64,000 nucleotides of DNA, taken from positions 18,994 through 82,993 of the forward strand of contig CAZJKG010000004.1 of the NCBI GenBank assembly GCA_964546795.1, read 5' to 3'. This document shows, one piece after another, positions 44,517 to 56,500 of this stretch. Below the pieces are notes generated by a model, which saw only the letters and a list, made by a program, of their open reading frames with translations, was not told the DNA's origin and made no database searches. A program made the position numbers and the translations under genes. How positions within the stretch are numbered: the first letter of the stretch is position 1; the number at the start of each line of letters is the position of its first letter. The stretch is from an uncultured Candidatus Saccharibacteria bacterium (GTDB lineage: Bacteria; Patescibacteriota; Minisyncoccia; Phycocordibacterales; Phycocordibacteraceae).

Positions 44517-47500
44517 TTAATGGGAGATTTCTCTGAACTTCGGAGGCCCCGACAATACCTTCACCGTGAGCGGTACGTCAACCGATCTCGTGATGCCTGC
44601 CGCAAGGCCGGTGACGCGCACGACGTATGTTGTAGCGGGGTCAAGCGTTGCGCCTGCGGCAAAGTGTAGCACGGGGACGGTGCCGACTGCGTATTCTTCG
44701 GGAGAGAAGGAGTCCTTCTCGAGGGTGACAGTGACTCCCTCGACCGCGGGGACGAGCTCGGTAGAAAGAACAATCGTCGTGGCGAAGCCGCCTTGCGCGA
44801 TTCCCCATACACGCACGTCCTTCGGCACCACGGACGTCGTACCGCCGGAACGAGAGACCTCAAAGAGTCCTTCGGAGCGTAGGAGGTAATTCGATTCTAT
44901 GACCGATACGGTAACTGCGTCATCCACTGTGCCGGTTTGATTTGAACAGGTCAACGTATACGTGGCCGTTTCCTGCAGATTCGAAATCGTCTCGGTGAAG
45001 GTGCCGTTGGCGGTCTTTGCGCCAGACCAGCTGCCGGAGGCGAGACAGCTGTCTGCATTTTCAGAAGTCCAGGTTAGGATTATTGATTCTCCTTGGTTTA
45101 TTGTCGTTTGATTGGCAGAGAGAGTTACTGTCGGGAGTACGGATGGCGGAGGAATAATGGATTCGCATGAAGTATTATCGGCGCTTTGTATGAATCCTGG
45201 GTTGCAAGTCCACCCTAGATAATATGTAGTGTCATTGCATGAGCCCGCAGGAGATGAGGAACAGAATTGCTGTCCCACAAAAGAGGAGTTTGCGGGCTTC
45301 ATCGTGACCGCTCCAGATGGTTTGACAATATTGCACAGATTGAAACATTGGTCTGTCACGGTCACTATAGGTGCCGTACTGGGGATATTAGGAATATCTT
45401 GAATAAAGGAATAAGGAGGCGCATACTGAAGTGAAGATGGCTCAGTAGTATCTACTATTGGTGCCGGACCAAGATAATCAAGTTGCTGATCTCCAGAAAC
45501 ATAACCAATGAAAGCCGCCGCTACAGTACCAGTTACATAACCAGGGAGAGCTAACCCGACAAGGCTAGCACCGCGCTGGAGATTGAGTGAGATGGTCGTC
45601 TGGTCCACTACAGAGTTTATTGCGAGACCGGTAGCTTCAGCACCAAATCTTATAGCTTTATTATGATCGGATTCGAGACAACCACAGAAAAAATTAGTAA
45701 CAGATTTTAACTTAACAATTGTTGATGAAAAGAGTCCTAATTCACTTCGTTCAATCCCCTGGGGCGGATTCCATATTGTGCTTGAATGGAAAGCCACTGC
45801 GCCAACAAAATTTCGATCTATAGCTTGAATTTGCGCATCAATGACACCAAGATCATGTGATAATTGACCAATTCTTGCTTGCAAAAATTCCGGAAAATTA
45901 GGGTCATTAGGGCCCATGACGTCCACGATTTTCTCAAGAACCATGTTAAAATTAAAAGCAGTAAGTGCCTTATCTGCTTCTAGCATAAACCTCCTTATTG
46001 CTAATTGCGCAATATTTAGAGATGTTCTGTCTTCAATTTTGACGCTGTCGACAAGCATCGGGAAGTTTGCTTGTGTTCGATCGGAAAGTTCACGAGCGGC
46101 TTCCGCAGTTAGAGGAGGAAGCTGTTCTGAAAGAACATCTAGTTTTTCTAGTGATGGTGCACTTTCCACGGCATTTATCTCCGAGACCCTGACTTCCAGT
46201 TCGTGAGGCACCTCTTGCGTAGGCGCTAGGCCAAGTTCAGATTTTAATGAAATATTTTGTCTCTCTTCCATCATTTCAGGGGTCACAAGACCTCTTTCCA
46301 AAAGCCAATTGAATTCCAAATCAACTAACTCGTTAGCTGCTACATTACGAGCTACTTTCAAATCTTCTAAGTTTTGTTTTCTTGTGTCCGAAATAGGTAT
46401 ATTGAAGGCCTTCCTGATAGCTGTGCCTGCTTCCGTGTCAGTAATTCGTTGATCGAGGTCCTGAACAAGTGATTTCTTTCCAACTATTTCTAGTGAGAAT
46501 AATTGTTCTGTCGCCTTATCAAACTCTATTGCTCTCAGTTCCGCTTGTTCGGATTTTAATGCGCCAACCCGATCAGAAACATTTATCCTCTCATCATCTG
46601 TAAGCAAGTTATATTTACGACCATATTGTCGGCCCATTGCATTTAATTCATTTCCTATTTCAATCAATCTCGGACCTTCAAGCCCATTCTCCTTAAGCCA
46701 GATGCCCTTCAAAGAATTTGACTCTTTATACAGATTACTCAGATTCTCTTGGACTTCATCAAGTCGTATTTCTAGGTTGATACTAAATTCTCCGCTCCTT
46801 ATCGAATTTATATCCGTTGGGAGTAATGCTGCAGCCAAGGCCTCATTTGCAGCAATCTCCCCGTCTACCTTTAGAATACTTGAGGGGACGCTGTAACGAA
46901 CATTTTGAGAATTGGCATCTGCAAATGCTATCGTTATTAATTCTGCTGCATGAGCATTATTCTCAGTAATTGCAGTTACGTTTTCCACCACAGTATCAGT
47001 TTTTGCACTGTTAAAGCGCAAAGATGTTGCTTGAGGTAGTTCGGCTTTCAAATCCGCAAGTAATAATCCTACGTTTGGATCATAGGGGATTATATGCACA
47101 TCATCAAGAACCGCAAAGTTTTTCCCTTGTGCGTCTTCAACAGAAATCAAGGGTAATAAGCGTGTTACCCCATCCTTACCGGTTTCACCACTGAATTCTG
47201 GAAATAGTATTCGGAAAATCTGACTCTCTGGATTTAATGTCAATCCACCGCCGCAATCTTGAGATACAGCATTAAGGCCTTCGCCAAGCGAGAAACTCCT
47301 TCCTGGTGTTTGTGCAGGCGACAAATCAGATACATCATTAAGAGCCACTCCTCGCGGAACGATTGAACAGAACGTATTTTGCGCTGGAAGTTTATTAACG
47401 GCGACACGGGATATAGTATTTCCCTTTGCAAAAGAAGAGATGGGCGAGAAGAGATTTTCACCTTGTTTCAAAATATCATTTAGTGCAAAGTGTGAGAACG

Positions 47501-50500
47501 AAGTATCTTCCTTTTTCGCAAGACGTATGGCGTCCCAATTTTCAAAGCCAATGCCAGTGGTTCCATTGATATCGGCCGAGAACGCAAAGCGTTCTTTATC
47601 TTCGGAAATGGCTTTCAAGAGAAGTTGGTCGCTGACATCCTTTACTTTAGGATCAATGAGACGAATTCTGTCACCATCGGGATTTTGCGTGCGCGTGATA
47701 AAACCGACATCCACGTGAGTATTCCCTTTTATCCCTCCGTAATCTTTCTCGCCAATGAGTCCGACTTGGGTTAATGCGAAATCAAGCGCGTCTTGGAGCG
47801 GCATCCCAATCGCGGCGTAGAACTTGCTTAACACATTCATAAGGACGCTCGCTTCCACAAACGCAAGGTCTTCGGAGTCCCCAATAATAGGAGATGCTAT
47901 TGTGCCATCGGGATTGACCTGAAGTGTATCGCGTACACTTTTCCACGTATCACTTGTATCATTTTGATCATACACAAAAGAGGGATAAAGCGCGTCATGC
48001 ACCAATTCCGCCATATCGTTCGCGGACTTACTTGCCAAATGGGACTGAGTTAGGAGTATATTACTGCCAAGCTTATCAACTGGCTCAATGAAAGGTTCGA
48101 GATAGGTATTCAAGGTCGAGAGTTTCTTTAGGTAATCAATGTTGAAATCAGGGACGCCATACGTCTGTTGCAATCCGGCAAGCGTAAAGTGCGGGGTCGC
48201 CCAGAATACAAATCCTTCAGGATCGGCAGATGGAGGAAATATAGCGTTAATGGAAGGAGGAATCGAGAAACGTTGAGTTCCTGTTGGTGTGGCGAAGCTC
48301 TGAACCAAGAAATAGGCCCCGAAAATGCCATTGGTGCCGGTTGCGTATGTCCCAAGTGTTACCGGAGAGACCGTATCGGTAGAATCCGTTATTTGTCCTG
48401 CAGTTGCGCCAAGTCCTTTCATAAGTCCGAGGGGCTCAATGAAATACAGCTTGCCGAAAGTATCTTTAAATCCTACGGACGCGTGTCCGGTGCCTGCCCT
48501 ATCGACAATCGGTCCGGCTTTATTGACAAATGCCGACATCGTTCCTACGCGATTTGCGGCATCAGTATTCCCTACGCGCAGGAACAGATTTCGGATCAAA
48601 GCATAAACGAGAATGGCGGAATCATCGCAGTCGCCACCCTTGCGCGCAAGGGTCTGGAACGGCAGCTGGACATTGTCGTAGCGCGCATCAAAACTCGGCG
48701 TATCAAAGAGATAGGTAATTAAATTCAAACTATAGAAATATTTATAGAATTCTTTGATAAGCGCAATCTCGCTTTTCGCCTTTAAATCAACTCCTTTGGC
48801 TGTCATATCTTTCTCAAATTGATCAAGGAGCAAAGCGATTGACGGATCGGTATACGAATTCACTTCATCAAGGGAGAAGAAACCACCTCTTCCGTTATTT
48901 ATCGTCGAGTTGTAGTGGTAGGTCTTGCTGCTATTCGCATCGATAAAAAGACCAGGGCCTTCAAAGGTGGAATCCCATATGTCATGGCGTCGTTCAAACG
49001 CAAGCATGTCATCGTAGCTTGTCGCTCGAAGCATTCGATTGACGCTTGCTACATCCGTCATGTCAATAAATGCCGAGTGCAGGGAACCCATACGCACTGC
49101 GCCGGGCATGATATAAAATCCCTTGAAGTATCCTGTCTGATCCTGACCGGTCCATGCCATCGCCGTCGTCTCAAGATCAAGGTCCGATGTCCATGATTTG
49201 GCCGCCCCCCACGCTCTATATTCAATCGCGTAGATCGCCTGCACCATGCGGCGCGTTGCGTCAAGCCATGCGGTCTGACGCTGAGGGTCCTTAGCGGAGT
49301 CCGTACCGATTGTCTCAAGCCGATTTTTGTAGGATTGCAAAAGATTCTTGGTTACCTGATACAGCGCTTCTTGTTCAGACATACTTACCGGGATGCCGAG
49401 GGATTCAAGGATTTTGATTCCCATATCGCGCTCCACGAATGGGTTCTGGTAGGTGAATTCTTCGGCGGTGTCGGATTGGCCGGGCAGTATTCCCTTCAGT
49501 TTATACCGCACGGTGCGCTTCAGTACTGATTCCTGATTGAAAATCCTGTACGTGGAGACCGTATAGGTTGACGCATCATCGCTGTAGGTATAGCGGTATT
49601 CGGTCCACGGTTTCCCTTCTCCGTCAAAATACCGGATAGTACTTGCCCGCGCCCCGTCAAATACCACTTCCGAAACCAATTCTTCCGCAGGACTGTACCC
49701 CTTGTATGACAACACGGTGAATGCCGCCGTATCGGCGTATTCGTAGACACCTCTACTGAGGAGCGAGCCGTCTGTTTGGTATTTGTCGATTTCGGCGGTT
49801 TTCAGATACCCACTTGGGTGATACGTGTAGCGGGTCTTTGACGTAACGTCGCCTGCGGCACTGTAGAGAAGACGTTCCGCGCCGGAACGCAGCCGCGTGG
49901 GCGTGTAGAAGAACGTATTTTGCGAGCGGAGCTGCGGCGTGTCCCCCGCATAGAGGGGCACCGTGTGGTACACCAATTCATTGTCTTCCAGAGAATACGT
50001 CCGTACGGCCCCCTGGCGGTTCCGCAGAGAAAGACCGACGGTCTCGGAATCATACGTGCCGTTCACGTAATCAATGAGTGTCTTCTCCGACAGTTGTCCG
50101 TTCGTAATTTTTGTCTTGCTGCTTGAAAGGAGCGTGCTGGGGCTCTGCGTTTCGGAGATAATAGTGTTTTCACCGGTCGCTTTGCCGTTTGCATCATAGG
50201 CGGTCTCGGTAAATGAATACTTCGGCTCGGGCGTTTGCGTGTAGGTGCGGACCGACGCGAGCGTACCATCCGCGCCATAGGAATACAGGTGCTTCTCGTA
50301 GCGATTCGCATCGTAATACAGCAAGTCGTCAGAGAGTTGGCCGTCGGGACGATACGTGTAGTTCTTGGACCATTCGTATGCGTTCGTCTGCACATTGAAG
50401 ACGTGGGAATACTGGAGTTTTCCCTGTTCGTCGTAGCGATTATAGCGTTCGCGATCGCCGCGGCGCATGATTTCTTTCCGTATCGTGCCGCTGGGGTAGT

Positions 50501-53500
50501 ACAGCCGGATGTCTTTTTTGGTGACGCCGTCGAGGCCGTAATTAAATTCTTTTTCGGGGCTTCCCTGCTCGCCATAGAACACCTCGCCGGTCTTCGTTGT
50601 GCCGTCCGGAGCGAATATGGTCGTAGAGAGGAGAGAGGAGGTTGAGATATTGTTGCTAGCGTAGGTATTGATAAACGCGACGGTGCCGTCCAGACGGATG
50701 AATGTCTTGGATGCGGGCGCGGCTGATATGGCCGGTTCAGTCGGAGCCGTCAGCGCCGGAGTCGGCAGAAGTTCTATCGATGGGACAAGTTCTCTGAGCG
50801 GCGTCGTTATATCAATGACTGGCGCATCGGCTGGCACATCCGCAAATGCGGCGGTGACGGAGGGGATGCGATTGCGAGTAACTTTTACCGTGCATGATCC
50901 GACTCCCCTACAATCCCCGGTCCATCCGATGAAACGCCCTCTGTTGTTTGCGTAGGAAGCAAGGGTTACTAACTGGTCGTCCGCAAAAAGGCCTTTGCAT
51001 GTTCCCGAGGAACAGGTGATTCCCGAAGGATTTGAGATAACGCTCCCCGAGCCGCGAACCGATACCCGCAATTCAGACACGCCGGACGCAAAGAGAGGTC
51101 TAAAGAGATATGATCTATCCATCTTGAGAGTGCAGAGATCGGTGCTTGGATAACATTCCGATCCGTTCCATCCGATAAACGAGTTTCCTTTTTCAGCGAC
51201 CGGAGTCAGGGTAACGAGCGACCCCACAGGGAATACTGCAGAACACGTCCCCGGACAATCAATGCCGGAAGGAGATGACTTCACGCGCCCTTGTTCTGTA
51301 GTAAGACCTTCTATTGAAATTGAGGGGCGCAGTGTGAAATTGAAAACTGGTCGATTTCCACTAAGGGAACCACATCTATTACCATAACAGTAGTACTCTC
51401 CATTATTAGGGCCATTAAATGCTCCGCCGGCATCAGGATATACCATAACAATCGAAGGTTTACTAAAGCTCGGCGTCGAGCAGACAGGCGGGCAATTAAT
51501 TCCTTTCCCCGTAACATGGCCGCTTCCATTCACCACGACGGAAAAGTCAGACGGTTGTGATCCAGCCCCTCCAATATCAAAAGCGAGCTGCAGATTTTTT
51601 GAGACCTTCACGGTGCATTTCTTGTGCGCCGTTTTCTGTTCCGCGTCTTCCGCACATGGAGAAGGCGTGCTGTACCTATAATTCGAATTGTCCTGTATGT
51701 CCGCCCATGACCATATGACAGTATCGCTGTAGCCGGACCCGGGAAGCATTATAAGCGTTACGTCATTATCCGTTGTAAATGTGGTGCTGCACACTGGGGC
51801 GTCCGATCTAATACCTCCTACTCCTCCAACACCTCCAACACTTCCAACACCTCCTCCCTGCCAACTGCAATTCATTCCCAGCGGATCAGAAATAATGCGC
51901 CCGCTGCTGCCTAGATAAACAACAGATCCGGCGTCCAAACTAAGGGTGCTTACCGTATCACCCCATGCTTCAAGCTCGTCAAGCGCAAAAACAATTGAGC
52001 TATTAAATTCGTCTTTGGCGTCGGGGAAACGCTCCGTCGTTAAACTCCCCGAACCCGTCGCGCGGACGCGCATCTGCGTCACCCCCTCCCACGAACCGAC
52101 CGCTTCAAGCTGTTTTTTTGTATCGGTTGCCTGGCGGGCTATGGGGTTGTTTCTCATCGGACTCTCGTAGGTCGCGACGTCTTTCCAGGCGCCGGACTGG
52201 AACACGGAGAGCGTTATGGTGAAATTCGCGTTGGCGATATAGTTCGGACTTGAGAGGAAGAACATTCCTTCCGTCGGAGCAATGGCTTTAATGCTCTTGA
52301 GCGAAACAGATTTATTGAAATTCACCGTCGCTTCATACGTGAATGAACACGGACTCGATGGAAGCAGGAGACAGAGTCCGTAGTTGCCGACCTGATTGCC
52401 CTGAATGCCGTCTTTGACTCTTGAGAAATTCCTGTAGCGCTCGGAGAATACGGGGTCTGTAGGCATTGACCACGCCGGGCCCGTGAATTGCTGACTGCCG
52501 GTTATCGTTGAGGCGGGATCAAGCACTCGGTTTGGAGCCGACGCTTGATATGTTTTGTCGCTAAAAGATGCAAGGACTTTGAATTCCGAACCTGCCGAAG
52601 GAAACTTGCAGGGACCAAGAGCGGAAAGACATGGTTGCGACCAACCGAGGAATGCTCCTTTTGTCTCAACGGCATCCAAACTCACGGCACCGATATTTCC
52701 GAATTCGGCGGTGCAGCTCACGTTCGGGCAGTCAATGCCCGCCGGAGTGGATACGACGCGGCCGACTCCGTCAAGCGTTACCGAGAGTTTTGTTTTCCCG
52801 AATTTCGCTTTCACGAAACGGTCTTTTGAAAAACTAAAGACGCAGGAAAAATTCGGATATTGCCAGAGTCCGGGTTTATTTTGTGCCGCGTTCCATCCGG
52901 TGCGATAACAGGCATAATCCGATGCTTCCCAGCCCAAAAATACAGAGTCATTCAGTGGGGTCTCGGTAAGATACTGACTCGTAAAGCTGCCGTATTGAGA
53001 ATAAGGAAATAGTGCTCTACAGGTCGGCGGACAGCTAATGCCCGCGGGAACCGATGTTACTTTCCCGTCCCCAACCACCAAGACAGAGATGGAGATCGGT
53101 TCCCCTATTTGGATCGGTTTTGAATATATGTCCAATGTCTTATCCCCGTCCATGGTAATGGTACAGGAGGGGAACGTCGTACCGCTGCATGTTCCGCCCC
53201 ACCCGAGAAATCTTCCTTGAGTACTGACTCCGTCCTGACTGTTATAGCCAAGATTGTATGTAGCGGTTGTAACAGTGCCGGGCGGAAAACGTACTGAGCA
53301 AGTTGATGTCGCTTCAACGCCAGAACCATTATTGAAAGAGCAGCCGTCTAAGGTTCCTGGTTGGAACAGGATGCCGCCAGAAATTGATTCGCCGGGCTTC
53401 AACTTCATGGACAGCGTCAACGTTTTCCCGCTGCCAAAAACGGCTTTCGCTGTTTTATCGCCATCAAGGGTAATGACACACCTACTGAACCAACTCTCAT

Positions 53501-56500
53501 CACCTACACAATCGCCTCCCCAATTGTAAAATGTATCAGATCTGTTATAGGCCCGAAGATCAACGTCGGTTCCCACATTGAATGTGGCACTACAGGTCGG
53601 CGGACAGTCAATACCGCGCGGACCCGAAACATGACCATCTCCTTGAACTTCAATGTTCAACGTCTTGGTTAAGGTTAAATCAAAGTTTGCCGTGACAGAA
53701 GAATCTTGGTTTATCAAAGATATACAGTCAGCGCTATACCCGGTGCAGAATCCGGACCAAGAAGAGAATGATCTTCCGAGAATTGTCAGTGCTTCCGCGT
53801 GTGAACCTCCTTTCGCTGGTGCCTCAAGCATGATTCTTTGATTTTGGGCATATCTTTGCACACAGGTCGTAACTAACGGTTTCTCGGGCGAAGGACAATT
53901 TGTAAGACTTACCTTACCATCTGAATATGCGATTCTCCCGCCTCCAGTGACGTTGATAGTAAGCTTGGGTCCTTGTCCGAATATCACGCTAAAAGATTTA
54001 TTATCATCAACTTTAACGAGACATGCTTGACCCGGTGGAGGAGCAACAAAACACGGCCCTTGTATGGAATTAGAGGATTCTCCCGGATCCGGATATGGTA
54101 CAAGATATAACTGTTCTCCAGGATTGTATTGTGCACTGCAGGTCGGCGGACAATTGATTTCGCTGCCGTGGTAAACACCATTGGACGAAACCTTACCGGG
54201 ACCAGTTACACTGACGGAGATTGTCTTTGTAGGAACCGCCGCAATATTTGCCGTGACGGTTTTGTCCGCATCCATGATGACGAGGCAGGCACTACTGTAT
54301 GGATTACTCTGTGTGCATACGCTTGAAAAGCTCTCTAATTTAAGCCCCGGTTGGGTGAAAGTCGTATAAAGAATGACTTTGGCACCGGGAACAAACTTGT
54401 CTTCGCATTTGTGAGGACACTGTATACTCCCACCTCTACCGTCTGAATATACACGGAATTCTGGGCTATCGGCTCCCGTACCTGTAAGCGACACCTTCAG
54501 TGTCTTTCTCATATCCAGGAAGTTCGCTTCAACCGACTTGCTTGCCTCCATGCTCACCGTGCAGGTGGTCGCGGTGCCAGTGCAGGCGCCGGACCATTCT
54601 TGGAATTGGAACCCCGGAGTCAGACGTACAGTGAGCGTGACGCTGTCGGTTTTGGCAAACCCGAAATGACAATATTTATTATTGTAACGAGTAAGATCGC
54701 AACCATTGCCGTTGGAAAGACCAATATATCCTCCATCCGGGATATTTTGAGAAATTGTCAGTACGGAAAGGTTCGTAAAGGTTGGTTGCAGGCCGATGTC
54801 GTAGAGAGGTGAGGTCGTGACCGTACAAGTTGACAGGGAAGCGTCCGGGCATCCATCAAAGCTGAGTAGAGATATTCCCGGTTTCGGCGTCGCAGTGAGG
54901 TTCACGGATGTGCCGGGGGGAAAATCAAACTCACATGCGGGTGGACAACTGATGCCTTGAGGTGATGAGGTGACACTTCCGGGCGCATTGTCGCCGAGAT
55001 TTCCCACACGGATCTTCCCGACATTCTCAACAAACCAAGGTGTGACGGTAAAGTCGGAGAGGGTTGGCTTGAGCGTACAAGGGTTCAGGTGCCCGACACA
55101 TCCAGGATCGGGACCCCTCCAATCGCGAAACACTTTACCATCGTCTGGAAGCGCGGCGAGGGTGAGCGTCTCGCCGGCGGGCACGCGCACCCTGCATACA
55201 GCGGGCGCGCGGCACTCCTCGGAGGAATCGGCGAGAGTAATGCTACCAAAATTGGTCGGCGTTATGGTGACGAGGCGGTTCGCGGCATTGAATACATTGA
55301 GGTCATAGATATCGGAAAAGATGTCTATGCCTCCTGAAGCGGAACCGGCAGAAACGTTCGCTTGGCCATCGACATGGATCTTCACTCCGCTCACATCCTC
55401 CCACGAGCCGATGATCTCAGGAACCCATCCGCCCATAGTGTCGTCACTCGATGACCGTTCAATGGTACGCACTTCCCTCCACACTCCCCCGATCTTGAGG
55501 GAGGTGGTGATAGTCACCGCTCCTGTGGCTTTGAATCCTCCAGAACCGTTATATCCGTAGTGGATATACTGTCCGCTGTATGTTGACCCTATTTGGCCCA
55601 CCGGAACCGATTGATGGAAATCAAGTTCGGCATCATAGGTGAAGCGGCATGATGTCGGAGTCACGCCCCCGATGGAACAACCTACTCGGTGGCGTGTTTC
55701 ATTCTTGTCATCTGTTATGTCAGCAAAGGTGCCTTCGGTTGATTTGCTGACGGTGATAGTGCCGCTGACGGTGGTTTTCGGGTCGACACTGTAGTTGAGG
55801 ACTGGTGTTGCAAAGGGCGATTTAAATGTCTCTCTTGCGTCCACGAAATTCGCCGTAACCGACTTGCTCGACTCCATGCTGACCGTGCAGGTGGTCGCGG
55901 TGCCGGTGCAGGCGCCGGTCCATTCTTTGAATTTGAAGAACTGGTTCGTATGGGGAAGTGCGGTAATCGTAACGGTAGCGGTCTTGACAAAATCGAAATT
56001 GCAATTTTTATTATTATAACGAGTAAGATCGCAAAAATGGCCGCTGGGAAGACGAACGTATCCTCCATTCGGAATATTTTGAGAAATTGTCAGCACGGAA
56101 AGATTCGTAAATATGGGCTGCATAGAGATGTCGTAGAGAGGTGAGGCCGTGACCGTACAGATTGACAGGGAATAGTCCGGGCATCCATAAAAGGTGAGAA
56201 GAGATGAGCCGGATTTTGGTGTTGCCGTCATGTTCACCGACGTACCGGAAGGGAAATTGAAGGTGCAGGTCGGAGGACACTCAATGCCCGAGGGGGATGA
56301 GGTAGTGATGCCAAGTTCACTACTATAGACCGAGATGCGTCCGACATTGTCGACAAACCATGGATTGACTGTGAGGTCGTAGAGGGTGGGTTTGAGCGTG
56401 CAGGGCTTTGCCGCTCCGACACATCCAGGGTCGGGCCCTCGCCAATCGCGAAGGGTCTTGCCATCGTCCGGAATCGCCGTGAAGGTGATCGTCTCTCCGA

